A DNA stretch of 63,479 bases, filler included, from Chrysochromulina tobinii (Eukaryota), in assembly GCA_001275005.1 (NCBI GenBank). It is 8 parts of 8 records of this genome, joined end to end, with 100 filler letters (N's around TTAATTAATTAA, not from the genome) between each part and the next. Parts side by side here need not be neighbours in the genome. Positions count along the whole stretch, not along the records: positions 1 to 15,468 come from JWZX01000765.1; 7 more parts are not named here. One strand, given 5' to 3'. Shown here one piece after another: positions 1 to 10,694 of the stretch (the stretch's first letter is position 1; every line of letters starts with the position of its first letter). Below the pieces are notes generated by a model that did not search any database, was not told the origin of the DNA, and saw only the letters and a list, made by a program, of their open reading frames with translations. Position numbers and translations under genes: made by a program.

Positions 1-83
1 AGCTACCTCTGTTCTGCTACTCTAGCGATTGTATTGGGATTCACCTGTGGGGCACTGTCTGCCTGCACGCGCTCATCGCTATC

Positions 84-1010
84 GTGTTAAACTTTGACTT
101 CCTCGCCAAATATGCATCGCAACTGGGGGCCAAAAAGGTTAAGGAAAAGGCAATCGACGACCTCAAAATTCATGAGAACTATGAGGATAGGTGGGTGGAA
201 CACGCTCCATTTTTCTACTTCCTTCCCGCAAAATACGTTTGCAATTGCGCCGAAAAGTCGTTACCTCGCATGCAGACATTGCGAGACGCTGGCGTACTGG
301 AAAAGATGAAGATCCCTCTCGTCGAAGCGTTTCGCGGTGTAGGCATCATCAAGAAGATCCTCTTCGTGAGCCATCGGTGGGAAGAGCCTGGTCAGCCCGA
401 TGTCGACGGCGAGCAACTCAATGCCATCAAAGCGTATCTTGGTACGCATAAGGACATCGAGTGGGTTTGGTTCGACTATTCATCGATGCCTCAGAAGGTC
501 AGACTCATCCACTCAGATAGGGACTGGCGGACTCCGAAGGAGTTAGCCGAGTTCGATCTGATGCTCGCCGCCATCACCGACATGTACCTGACCGCGCGCA
601 TCCTCATTCTCCTCGACGGGTCGTACGTGTCGCGGTTCTGGACGCTGACGGAGGCATGGTGCTCGATGCAGAAGGCCACACGCGATGGGCTCAAGCCCGC
701 AACGGAGGATGAGCAGCGTCGCTACACGATTAAATGCATCCACAACGCTACCGAGAAGCATGATGGCGAGGGGCTCGTCGAAAAGGTGTCCGAGAAGAAG
801 CCCGAGGAAATGCATGGTATCCTCAAGAAGCCGGACGTGAACGTCACCAACGCAAAGGACAAGGAGGCCATGTTGCCCAAGATCCTGGAGTACGATTCGC
901 ACGTCAAAGATATGTATGCAAAGATGGAAAAACACGCCGACCACGATCAAGGAGCTGGAGCTGACGGAAGTACAAGCCGACAAGACGCAGGTACAGTCAG
1001 TGCCTTTTGA
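84..1010 (+). CDS. HET-like (heterokaryon incompatibility/TIR-related) domain protein; 5' end uncertain
   Basis: Motifs ILFVSHRW...WVWFDYSSMPQ...YVSRFWTLTEAW follow the HET-domain pattern (SxxW / WxDxxxxxQ / YxxRxWTxxE). The ORF starts at a GTG, so it may have upstream exons. Confidence 0.6.
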   Translation: MLNFDFLAKYASQLGAKKVKEKAIDDLKIHENYEDRWVEHAPFFYFLPAKYVCNCAEKSLPRMQTLRDAGVLEKMKIPLVEAFRGVGIIKKILFVSHRWEEPGQPDVDGEQLNAIKAYLGTHKDIEWVWFDYSSMPQKVRLIHSDRDWRTPKELAEFDLMLAAITDMYLTARILILLDGSYVSRFWTLTEAWCSMQKATRDGLKPATEDEQRRYTIKCIHNATEKHDGEGLVEKVSEKKPEEMHGILKKPDVNVTNAKDKEAMLPKILEYDSHVKDMYAKMEKHADHDQGAGADGSTSRQDAGTVSAF

Positions 1011-1898
1011 CCATAATGCCAGGGCTCCGGCAACATGTATGAGCTCATAACAATTTGAGCTCATAATTTCGGTCTCAATGGTGGGCCCCATGCCCACCGC
1101 CCTTGGTCAGCGCTACGCCATCGGCATAAACGAAGACCAGCGAGCCGCGACTGGCGCAGCGCCCAGCACTGGCGCGCGCCGCGCTCCGAACATGCCATGG
1201 CATTTGCACAGTGTACCATGAAGCGCCGCAAGCAACGGGGAGGAGACGCTCGCCTATGTGAAGGAGTGCGATGCGGAGTCCGGAGATGGTGCTCCGCTCT
1301 ACACGCAACACGGTAGAGTTGAACGCTTTAGCTCTGGGTACTGGGAATACAGAGAAGTGCCAGCGAGCTGCGCGCAAGTGCCGCGGGAAGCAAGGGAGGC
1401 GCCGCGACGGCCACCGGCTCCGGTCGAGCTTCCTCTGCCGTACCTCTGCCGATGGCCTCCCTTGAGTCCGCCGCCGTCGTGGGCCGACAGTTCGTGGCCG
1501 GTGTTTCGCCTGCGGTGTGTGTGTGTGTGTGTCGGACCGGTGCCGGTCTACAATGTACTTGGTTTCGTCCGTTTGGCTCCGTGTGTGGGTGTGAACGTGA
1601 ACATGACACACGCGACAACCGGTGCTACGACGCTGTTACGACACTGTTACGTCGTACACACACCTTATTCATGTACGACGCATGACCGATGACCATGACG
1701 CCCTCCGCACCCACATACGCGATGTTCATGTTGGAAGTACGCGACGACCTGGCTTTTCTCACCGAGGGGAGCGGAGCCGTGTGGTGAGCGCGGGTGGACC
1801 GCGACGAAACTGACTGTCTGACTGGTCATGAGAAAAAAGGGTTCATAACACCAGTACACACGAGTCATGAGCAAAACTCCCGCTCCCTGGTGTGCAGG

Positions 1899-4800
1899 AT
1901 GAGGCCGTCGCTGTCAACGACCTCGCTCTCCTCGGCGGAGCTCAAGGCGGCCCATCAGCGCAGGGCATCGCTGTCAGCGTCGTCGCTCACGACGGCGGAG
2001 CTCAAGGCGGCCCATCGCTTGCGCCAATACTACCGGATGGCGGCTGAAGGCGGCCAGGAGCAGGCGGAGGCGGCGCTCGGCGAGGCGCGAGTGCAGCAGC
2101 AGCTGCGAGCCGCTGTCGCCACCTGGTTTCGGCGCCGAGCTCATCCGCTGAGGCGGGCAATCACCAGAGTCTCCGCAAGTACGCGCTGTCGCATTGTCGA
2201 CCGGCTCGCGCGGCGCTACATCGACTCCTTACATCGCTGGGAGACCTGGACACGTGACGCTCACCAGCTCTTGCTGGCTCAGAGCCTGGCATTGCGCGTG
2301 GCGCAAGGCGACTTCGTGGCCAGCTTGCACGCTGCGCAGCTCGAGAAGCAGGTGGCCGAGGCATGCCGTCACCAAGCGGTGCAAGCGCACGGCCGTGCCA
2401 TCATTCGTCAGTGGCGGCTGGGCGCTTTGGTCCGCCGCGAGCGCTCGACCACCTGGTATAGGCTCGAGTACGTGGCCCGCATACATGGCAACCACGAACC
2501 GCTCGAGGATTTGGCGACCAAAGGGCTCGCGCTCCGCCGCTTGCAACGGCGCGTTGCCAGTCTTCACGCGGCACGACAAAGGACCTCCTGGGTGGTTCAC
2601 ACCCGCGCCCCGACGAACGCATTGCTCGCCAGAGCGCTCGCATCTTGGCGGCTGGTCTGCTCGGCCTCGGCGTCGATTGCTCGTCGTGTGTGCGGGGTGC
2701 GCGCCGAGCGCCGCTGCGTGCTGCGGAAGTTTGCTCTGCATCGCTGGCATGTGCATGCCAGCGCTGACAAGGCGCAGCGGCAGGCAGTCAGCTCCGCGAT
2801 GGCGGAGATCTGGTGGTCGCAGATGGCGCCGCCCGTGGGGGCCGTCGTCGAGGCGCGCCGCTTCGTCACTGCCTGTCGATTCCGCAAGCGCTCTGCCCTG
2901 TACGTGTGGCGGGGCTTTCTCGTGCGCGCTTGGCCACGTCATCTGTTTCGTCAATGGGCTGCCCACGCTCGACAGTGGCGACCGGCGCGGCTGGCGGCCG
3001 CCGCCCGTGCCGAAATCGCCGCTGTCCACTGCCGGCGCGCCGTCCTATCTGCATGGGTCGGCGCCACGGCGGGCGCACACCGCCAGCGACACTACCGCGG
3101 CCTTTGCTCGCAGCTCCACCATTTGTACGCCCTCGGCCGGGCTTGGACCGCGTGGAAATTCGCCGCCGCGCGCCGGGGCGCGGCGCACGTGGCCAACAGC
3201 CGCGCGGCGACGATGCGCTTCAACGGCGTCAGGGGACAGGCGCTTTCCCTGTGGCGACGCAGCGCGCACGTGGCCGCGAGCGATCAGCACCCGAGCTGGA
3301 CTTATGCAGTGGCGCTGCGCTCGACGCACGCGCTGGAGCCGCCGCTGCCCGCGCGCTTCTACACAGACTTACCAAGCGTGACGCGCCGACTGCGCGCCGA
3401 CGGCTCAGTGGCACTTGCGGCATGGGCCGCCGCCGCCACGCGAATACAGCTGGAGTGTGCGCGCCCGTGGCTGCGTCTGTGGCGGCGTGGGTGCGAGCAG
3501 AGGACAGCGGCGCGGCGCGAGCGGGCGTTCGAAGCCTTGTGCCGCCATGTTATGTGCCGGCGTGCGCTGCGCTCGTGGGCATGCTGTACGGCAGTGCAGG
3601 CGGCCGCTGCTAACCACATGATGACAGGCAAGTACGCCGAGCGCGTCCTTCGCAAGAAGCGTGTGCTCCGACGGCTTGGAGCAGAGCGATGGATAGGACA
3701 CCACCTGGCGTATGTGAGCAGCCAGATTGCGAGTGCCGTCAGAGCCGCGGACGCGAAGCGCACATTCAGGGCATGGAAGGCAGCGCGCTGGGAGCGCTGG
3801 CGCCACGTGCGCCGATGGGCACGCGCACTCGATCGGCACATGCGCACGGCGCTCTTGGGCGCTTGGGACGCATGGGCCTTCGATCACACGGTCTGCGCGT
3901 TCATGCGGCGCGTGCGTCAGCGTTGGGTCCATCGAGAGGCGTCGCGTGCGCTGCGTACCTGGGCGTTCCAGCGGGAGCTGTTCAACGAGATGTTCGGCAG
4001 GCTCCGGGGCGCGCTTGGTTCGAGGCGGCGGGCTAAGTTCGTAGGCGCGTGGCGCGCGTGGCGACAGCTGACGCAAGAGTGTGTCGAGGTCCTCGGCAGG
4101 TTCAGATGTGCGCTAGGCTCGTGGCGACGGGTTAAGCTCGCAGGCGCGTGGCGCGCGTGGCGACAGATGGCCCAGACGACCACGCGCACTGCCCAACTGA
4201 CACGCGTGGCCGTCTGCTTCTTGCTAAAGCGCGGAACGGCGCGTGCTCTGCGTACCTGGGCGTTCCAGCGGGAGCTATTCAACCAGGCTCTCGGTATGCT
4301 CCGGCGCGCGAGTGGTGCATGGCGGCTGGGTGACCTCGGACGCGCTTGGCACGCGTGGCGGTTGTTCTCAGTCGAGTGGCTCGAGGCTCGAGGTACGCTC
4401 CAGACCGCACTTGGCACATGGCAGATTCGCGCGCTCGCGGGCGCGTGGCATGCCTGGGCCTTTGAGTGCACGGTCCGCGCATTCACGCAGCGCGTGCAGC
4501 ATCGTGAGATTCATCGCAAGGCGGCGCGTGCACTGCGCGCCTGGGCATTCCGGCGCACCGTCGGTCTGGCCTTCGGCACGCACCGACGCTTGCTGATCTC
4601 GTGGCAGCTGGGCAAGCTCGCGAGCGCGTGGCGCGGCTGGCGGCGGCTCACCGAGGAGTATCTCGAGGCCATCAACAGGCTCCGGCGCGTGCTGATCTCA
4701 TGGCGGCTGGGCGCGTTCACAGGCGCGTGGCGCGCCTGGCGACAGCTGACCGAGGAGCGCCTCGAGACCATCCGCATGCTCCAGAGAGTCGTTGGCTCAT

Positions 4801-7800
4801 GGCGGTCGGGTGCGCTCGCAAGCGCGTGGCGCGGCTGGCGAGAGCTCACGGCTAAGTGCCGTGAGACTGCTGGCGTGATGCGCGGCGCGCTGAGCCGACT
4901 GCTGCACCAGAACGCGTCGCGCGCGCTCGGGCTCTGGCGAGCCGAGGCGGACGCGCGGCTGTGGGCCGAGGCGCTCGTGGCGAAACTCCACCCGAACGGC
5001 CGTCAGCTCCAGCGCGCCCTGAATACATGGAGGGCTGTGTGCGAAGGTAAGGCGCGGGTGGTGATGGCGTGCGCGGGAGCGCTGCGCGACACGGGGCGGC
5101 GGACGGTGGCGGACGCGCTGGGTTTGTGGAGAGATTGGGCGGCCGAGAAGCGCAAACACGCGGAGGTCGTCGCCCGCGCGCACGCACGGTTCGAGTCGTT
5201 GACGACTGCCGCTCAAGGTCTCCTAATCTCGTGGGGCGTGCGGCACGGTCTCCCTGGCGCCTGGGCTACGTGGCAGGGTCTCCCGGCCCTCTGGGCCGCG
5301 TGGCGCCACCATGCGACCCTCGGACGGTCGATTGCGACGCTGATCGGGACGATGAAGGCGGCCCATGCCGCGCGCTCCCTGCGGCTCGTCGCTTCCCAAT
5401 GGCGGTACTCTGCCTCGGAACGGAGACGCTCGCATGCAGCGCAGCATGCAGCCTCTCAACGCTGGCTCCTGTGGGCTCTGGGGAGTGCCGTGGAGGCACT
5501 CGCCGATGAGCGGAGGCGCTCGCAGTACTGGCGCCGTCTGAGCGAGCATGCGGCCCGCTCGGAGCTACGGAAGGCGCTGCGCTGCTTTACACAGCTCGAT
5601 CCCGCATGGCGCTTCGAGCGAGCAGCGGCTTGGAGCGTCCAGGCAGGCGCTCGAGAGCACGCGCGGCACAGCCTGATGCGGCTCTGCCTGCGTACATGGG
5701 CGGGCGTCACAGCGCTCGTCCATGCAGAGCATCTGGCGACGGTGCGCAGCCTCGCCTCCTTGATGGACCCGAAGCTGCGCCGTTCGTGGCAGAGCTGGGT
5801 CGCGCATGTCGACGAGATGCATGCGCTCCGGCGCGCACAGGAGCTCGTGTCCTCGAGGTACTCGAATAGCTCCGTCGTACGCGCCTTCTTCAGCTGGTAT
5901 GCGCTCGCTCAGCAGTGGCTTGTCCTCGACGTCGTCAGCTACAACTGCGGCGGCCTCAAGGCACACCAGAAGGTCCGCGTCGCGCTCGACACGTGGGCCG
6001 CGTACGCCGCGACCCTCTATACGGTCGGCTTGTGCGTGCGCCGCTGGACGCATCGAAAGCTCGGCGACGGCCTGGTGACGTGGCACGCGCTCGTGGCGAT
6101 GCGTACAGCTGCGTGGACTCTGATGGCGCGCGCGCTCGCGCTCTGGGAGCGGCCGACGCTCAAGACGGCGCTTGACTCGTGGCACGAGGTTGCACATACT
6201 CAGGTCAACACGCATCTGGCCGTCTGGACATTTACACAGCGCCGGTCGGCCGTGGTCGTCGCCGACGCGTGGCACATGTGGCGGCGCGCCGCCTGGCCCT
6301 CCCTCTATGGCCTGTCGCTCTCTCCGGAAGCCATTGTGATGAGATCGGTGGTGCATCGTTGGAAGGAGTACGATCTGGCCACGCGACTGGCTGAGGCGAA
6401 TGAGATGATCGGCCTCGTCGGTGCTGACCGAGTGGCGCTCGCAGATGCGGAGGAGGAGGACGAGGACGAGGCGAACGAGTTGGTGGATGAGGAGCTGGCA
6501 TTTGCATGGTCTGAGACGGAGCTGGCGGAGTCTGAGGTGGCACGCGAGAGGCTTGCCGCAGAGGTTGCCGAGGTGGCCAAGTCCCTAGCCTATGAAATGA
6601 ATACCTTCGGCCTGCTCTCCCCCGTTGCGGAAGAGGGCGACGAGGCCCTGGACGCGGGGCCTGATCGACCCCAAAAGTCGCCTGCAAGCGCGCATGCGGC
6701 CGACGACCGGGCTAGCACAGGCGTCGATGACGACAGCAATTGGGCTAGCACAGGCGACGAACTACTTCTCGCCGCGCGCGCGTGGCCATCGCCCGAGCCG
6801 TTTGGACGGCCGAGTCCCATGAAGCCTTTGAGACCGTCCCCATCGTACTGTGCACAATCATCCGCGAGTCCTTCAACGCATCGGACCAGCCTCGCCCCCG
6901 CCTCGTCCTCTCACCACGCACCTACCACTGCGCCCACCTTATCGCCACCGGCCTCATCGCCTGCGGCCATATTGCATGCGGCCTCATTGCCTGCGGCCTC
7001 ATCGCCTGCGGCCTCATCGCCTGCGGCCTCATCGCCGCAGGGCTCTCCGGAGGTCCTCTCATCCCTCGTGCGCTCGTCGCTACGCGCCAGCAGCCCAAGT
7101 GACGCGCACGTGTGGTACAGCGGCGAGGCACGCTTCGCGATGGTGAGCGCGTGGGTCAAATGGCTCGACGCGCGCGAGAGCGTGCGCTGGCTCGAAGAGC
7201 AGAGGCTCGCTCGCCGCCGCCGACTCGTCGAAGAGGCCGTGCGCCGGCGCGCGGCCCGATCGGCGCTCGCAATTTGGGCAGACGACGCAACCATCGCTGC
7301 GAGGCGACGCGATCAGGCAGCTGCCGCCGAGGCGAGCGCCGTGGAGTCGGCGGTGGAGCTGTTCAATTGGCGAGTGCTCGCGAGCTGTGAGTGGAGCGAA
7401 GGGCAGCGGACTTCCGATGTGCGGCTGAAGCTCACGATGGTGCTGCGGCTCTTGTGCGGCGGGCCCATGAGCGCGAGGCTCGCATTCGACATGTGGCTTC
7501 GCCACCACCACACGCTCGAGCACAACCCAATCACCTCCATCCGCGAGCTCACCTCGCCAACGCCCGCTAACAAGGAGCGGCGTGTTCTTCGCGCGTCGCA
7601 GCTGCAGTTGCACGCGGTGCAAGCCAGCCTCGCGCCGCACGCGGGGCAGCCGTTTGCATGCAGCGCGATCTGGGAGCCCTCGTTGAGCCTCAAGGCGGCG
7701 GCGCTCGCGTCAGAGCTTGCGTCGCCGCTGCGTTGCGCTACCGTGGTGCTCGCATCTCCGCAGCGCTCGGCGCGCCCGCTCGGTTTCGGTCACAGTCACG

Positions 7801-7940
7801 CGACGAGGGGTGGGGCATCTGTGGGGACCTCTGGTGGCGGGGCTGCCCTGAGCGAGTCTCTCAGAGGGATCGCTCGGCGCGTCGCACGAGAGAACGCCTT
7901 CTACACGGACGAGCAACAGTCGTGCATGGACTACGACTAG
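1899..7940 (+). CDS. Sfi1-like Trp-repeat (centrin-binding type) helical protein, ~2010 aa
   Basis: Long ORF with dozens of Arg/Ala-rich repeats ending in W (e.g. RALRTWAFQRELF, LAGAWRAWRQ). First ATG at 1899. Acidic and Ser/Pro-rich segment near the C-terminus. Confidence 0.65.
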   Translation: MRPSLSTTSLSSAELKAAHQRRASLSASSLTTAELKAAHRLRQYYRMAAEGGQEQAEAALGEARVQQQLRAAVATWFRRRAHPLRRAITRVSASTRCRIVDRLARRYIDSLHRWETWTRDAHQLLLAQSLALRVAQGDFVASLHAAQLEKQVAEACRHQAVQAHGRAIIRQWRLGALVRRERSTTWYRLEYVARIHGNHEPLEDLATKGLALRRLQRRVASLHAARQRTSWVVHTRAPTNALLARALASWRLVCSASASIARRVCGVRAERRCVLRKFALHRWHVHASADKAQRQAVSSAMAEIWWSQMAPPVGAVVEARRFVTACRFRKRSALYVWRGFLVRAWPRHLFRQWAAHARQWRPARLAAAARAEIAAVHCRRAVLSAWVGATAGAHRQRHYRGLCSQLHHLYALGRAWTAWKFAAARRGAAHVANSRAATMRFNGVRGQALSLWRRSAHVAASDQHPSWTYAVALRSTHALEPPLPARFYTDLPSVTRRLRADGSVALAAWAAAATRIQLECARPWLRLWRRGCEQRTAARRERAFEALCRHVMCRRALRSWACCTAVQAAAANHMMTGKYAERVLRKKRVLRRLGAERWIGHHLAYVSSQIASAVRAADAKRTFRAWKAARWERWRHVRRWARALDRHMRTALLGAWDAWAFDHTVCAFMRRVRQRWVHREASRALRTWAFQRELFNEMFGRLRGALGSRRRAKFVGAWRAWRQLTQECVEVLGRFRCALGSWRRVKLAGAWRAWRQMAQTTTRTAQLTRVAVCFLLKRGTARALRTWAFQRELFNQALGMLRRASGAWRLGDLGRAWHAWRLFSVEWLEARGTLQTALGTWQIRALAGAWHAWAFECTVRAFTQRVQHREIHRKAARALRAWAFRRTVGLAFGTHRRLLISWQLGKLASAWRGWRRLTEEYLEAINRLRRVLISWRLGAFTGAWRAWRQLTEERLETIRMLQRVVGSWRSGALASAWRGWRELTAKCRETAGVMRGALSRLLHQNASRALGLWRAEADARLWAEALVAKLHPNGRQLQRALNTWRAVCEGKARVVMACAGALRDTGRRTVADALGLWRDWAAEKRKHAEVVARAHARFESLTTAAQGLLISWGVRHGLPGAWATWQGLPALWAAWRHHATLGRSIATLIGTMKAAHAARSLRLVASQWRYSASERRRSHAAQHAASQRWLLWALGSAVEALADERRRSQYWRRLSEHAARSELRKALRCFTQLDPAWRFERAAAWSVQAGAREHARHSLMRLCLRTWAGVTALVHAEHLATVRSLASLMDPKLRRSWQSWVAHVDEMHALRRAQELVSSRYSNSSVVRAFFSWYALAQQWLVLDVVSYNCGGLKAHQKVRVALDTWAAYAATLYTVGLCVRRWTHRKLGDGLVTWHALVAMRTAAWTLMARALALWERPTLKTALDSWHEVAHTQVNTHLAVWTFTQRRSAVVVADAWHMWRRAAWPSLYGLSLSPEAIVMRSVVHRWKEYDLATRLAEANEMIGLVGADRVALADAEEEDEDEANELVDEELAFAWSETELAESEVARERLAAEVAEVAKSLAYEMNTFGLLSPVAEEGDEALDAGPDRPQKSPASAHAADDRASTGVDDDSNWASTGDELLLAARAWPSPEPFGRPSPMKPLRPSPSYCAQSSASPSTHRTSLAPASSSHHAPTTAPTLSPPASSPAAILHAASLPAASSPAASSPAASSPQGSPEVLSSLVRSSLRASSPSDAHVWYSGEARFAMVSAWVKWLDARESVRWLEEQRLARRRRLVEEAVRRRAARSALAIWADDATIAARRRDQAAAAEASAVESAVELFNWRVLASCEWSEGQRTSDVRLKLTMVLRLLCGGPMSARLAFDMWLRHHHTLEHNPITSIRELTSPTPANKERRVLRASQLQLHAVQASLAPHAGQPFACSAIWEPSLSLKAAALASELASPLRCATVVLASPQRSARPLGFGHSHATRGGASVGTSGGGAALSESLRGIARRVARENAFYTDEQQSCMDYD
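6950..7035 (+). repeat. 15-bp coding tandem repeat (GCCTCATCGCCTGCG, AASSP), about 5 copies
   Basis: Directly visible in the sequence and the translation. Confidence 0.85.
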
Positions 7941-8085
7941 TCAGGCGACTGCACATTATGTGTGAATTCGACAGTTCTGATCTATTTTAAAACGTGATCC
8001 GCTCCTCACCCAATCCAAATCTGGACACTTCGATCCTTCGCGCACTTTCGAAAGGTGTCTCGCGGCGGTCCTCCTGCTTCGACGG

Positions 8086-9546
8086 ATGCGGTGGATCATC
8101 GGCACCCTGCTCGCCGCCGCGCAGCGCCCACGTCATCGCGCACCCGCACTGATCGATGCCGTGCAGCAGCCATCGCACCTTCTTACCATCGAAGAGTACA
8201 AGGCACTTGCCGGAATTTGGAGGGCTGAACTCGAGCTCGACGATGGAGATAGCGCCACAACACTCCACCTCGCGGTCCCCCTCTCCTCGGCTGAGTTCGG
8301 CGGCAAAGTTCAATGTACGACCGTGCCATCGGGTCCGCACGACGCGTGGTTCGTGGAGCATAGCATCCGCGTTGGAGACTCCGAGGACTCCCTCTGCCTT
8401 TCGTTGCAGCTCGGCGCGTTGCTGCTCGAGGGACGCGGCGAGCGCCATGGTTTGCGCTGCTGCTCTTTCGTCGGCACGGTGCTCGAAGGCTACACCCACG
8501 ATCCGTGCATGGTCGGCCGCTTCTCCATGCAGCTCTCTCTTCCGATCGCGAGCGATCTCGCCGCACTCGAGCAGCAACACGAGCTTCGCCTCAACTCCCG
8601 TACGCCGCCGCCACTAACCTACCCACGCTCAGGGTTCATCGGACAATGGCGGCTAGACCTCGCTGTCGACGAGGACGAGCCGCCGGCGAGCATACCCGTC
8701 GAACTCCTCGCGGACGGTTCGTGGCAGAGCGTGGGCATGGAGCAAAGGATGGGCGGTACGTGGGGCATGCTCACCATGCACCAGCACGCCCACGCTGATA
8801 GCACGGAGGAGTACAGTGGCTGGTCAACCATGCAGCCCGCCGGCTCGAGCATGTGGCTCAAGGTGCATCGTGCGCGATGCACCGAGACGTTACATGGCCT
8901 TGCGGGGCTGCCGGTGCGCTCCGACTTCCATCTGACGGGTGCGCCCGTGTTCGAGACGGCCGAACGAGAGATTGCGGCCCGCGCCTCCGCCCTGGCCGCG
9001 GGCGAGGTGGGCAGAGCCGGGGCGGCCGTCATGCCCGATGTGGTCTGCGGCCGCCTGTGGGAGGGCTCCATCGAGCGTGCGTACTTCGGCCACTTCCGAC
9101 TGGTGCGCGAAGGAAGTGCCCAAAAGGGCGCGCCGTACCGAGCGGACGTCTCATCATCCATCCGAGCGGAGGAGACGAGCCTCGCGCTCGAAGAGGCCCG
9201 CCAGGCTCTGGAGCTGGCGCTGGGATCGTCCGCCAGGATGCGGGAGGAGGAGGCGAGGAGGGCGCTCGAGGAGGCCGGACGCGCGCTCGACGTCGCGAAG
9301 CGCGCGCTGCAGGAGGCCATGGGATCCACCATTCGGGCCGCGACTGTCCCGATTTGGGTTGACGAAGAGGCCGCGAAGCGAGCCTGGCTCGCCAAGCTCG
9401 ACAGGGCGCCGCGCTGGGGCCTTTGGGGCACAAAGAGGTACGAGGAGGTCGCAAAGCGAGCGTGGCTCGCCAAGCTCGACGCGGCGCAAAGCTGGGGCAA
9501 GGGTGCTTACGAGGTCGAGCGCCGTGGCGGGCGCGGTGAGTATTGA
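8086..9546 (+). CDS. Hypothetical protein with N-terminal signal-like peptide and two C-terminal AKRAWLAKLD motifs
   Basis: 486-aa ATG ORF; hydrophobic start MRWIIGTLLAAA; EEAAKRAWLAKLD and EEVAKRAWLAKLD near the C-terminus. Confidence 0.65.
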   Translation: MRWIIGTLLAAAQRPRHRAPALIDAVQQPSHLLTIEEYKALAGIWRAELELDDGDSATTLHLAVPLSSAEFGGKVQCTTVPSGPHDAWFVEHSIRVGDSEDSLCLSLQLGALLLEGRGERHGLRCCSFVGTVLEGYTHDPCMVGRFSMQLSLPIASDLAALEQQHELRLNSRTPPPLTYPRSGFIGQWRLDLAVDEDEPPASIPVELLADGSWQSVGMEQRMGGTWGMLTMHQHAHADSTEEYSGWSTMQPAGSSMWLKVHRARCTETLHGLAGLPVRSDFHLTGAPVFETAEREIAARASALAAGEVGRAGAAVMPDVVCGRLWEGSIERAYFGHFRLVREGSAQKGAPYRADVSSSIRAEETSLALEEARQALELALGSSARMREEEARRALEEAGRALDVAKRALQEAMGSTIRAATVPIWVDEEAAKRAWLAKLDRAPRWGLWGTKRYEEVAKRAWLAKLDAAQSWGKGAYEVERRGGRGEY

Positions 9547-10085
9547 AGGCTTTTTGTGTGCACCATAAATGGTCCGCGTCTCGTGCGCTCTGTCGTGTTG
9601 TTGTCGTGTCCCGCCCTCCCTTCCCTGGGGGTTTCTGAGGCAATGGCAGGGGTGGACGCGGTGGACGTCACGACTCACGTGTTCGTTAACACTCGACTAT
9701 AATAATCTTATTATACACATCCCAAGTTCCCAACCGCCATGCGCCAACCTCGAGCCTCCATGGCCATGCGAACTTGATGTGTTGACCGGACCGAGGGCAA
9801 CGGAGCCGTCCTTTGAGACGGAGTGTGGTGAGCGGCGGGGGGGGGCGACATAACTGACTGTCTGACGAACTGTGAAGCTGAGCTTAAACCCCGTTTGACC
9901 TTGTACGTAAGCAAGCAAGCTAATTAGTCGAAACAACACAAGTACCTAAACAAGCGCAAACGAATACCCCTCGCTTGCTTGGTACTAGTAAGTAGTGCAG
10001 TTCTGCAGTATGATAGGACGAAAGAGAGCGGTGATGAGTTGCTTTCATAGGTTGAGGAGCTGTGATGAGGAAGTAATAGCGCGGC

Positions 10086-10694
10086 ATGGCGTGGTCGAGC
10101 CTCTCACACCACTGCATCGGCCCGGCGCCCGCCCCAGGGCTTGCGATGGTCAACATCCTGCTCGTGATTCGCTCTGCTCTCGCCCTCCTCGGCGCATCTC
10201 TCTCCCTATTCAATATCAACGGATGGCTCACCGTCATGCTGGGCCCAGACTGCTGGAACTATTCTGCGAAAGAGCTGGGCGTGAAGGCCGTGCAAGAGAC
10301 TACAGACAACGTCGGGTATAAAATCGGCGTGGATGCCGCGACGCTCACGGCACCACTAGCTCAATCGCTGCGCTATGCTGTCTCAGGAGTAGGTGTTCAC
10401 TTGGCATTCATCGGTTTGGTGGTGCTCTATCTTGCGATCGTCACACCGCATGCGAGCCGGCTTCATGTGCAAGTGCCTTTTGCTCTGCTGCTTCTCGACC
10501 TGCTCACGCTGGTGAATGCTACTGGACTGATTGATCCCAATACTGCGGGCCATCCTCGTTGTGCCACGGTATCCACCAGCGAGTGCGCCGGAGCCCTGTC
10601 CACGTTTCTGCCCGTCGTCATCCTCGATGCGGCTGCGACTCTGCTTGCCAGCACGGGCGTCTACCCGTCAGCCAAGAAGCCTAAAGCAGGATGA
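10086..10694 (+). CDS. Hypothetical multi-pass membrane protein (start may be ATG 10146)
   Basis: About four hydrophobic segments and a basic C-terminus SAKKPKAG. Confidence 0.6.
   Translation: MAWSSLSHHCIGPAPAPGLAMVNILLVIRSALALLGASLSLFNINGWLTVMLGPDCWNYSAKELGVKAVQETTDNVGYKIGVDAATLTAPLAQSLRYAVSGVGVHLAFIGLVVLYLAIVTPHASRLHVQVPFALLLLDLLTLVNATGLIDPNTAGHPRCATVSTSECAGALSTFLPVVILDAAATLLASTGVYPSAKKPKAG

Noticed and set aside
2161..7990. Numerous overlapping 60-400-aa ORFs inside the long GC-rich genes here and elsewhere
   Set aside because: Expected shadow ORFs at high GC; no recognisable motifs.
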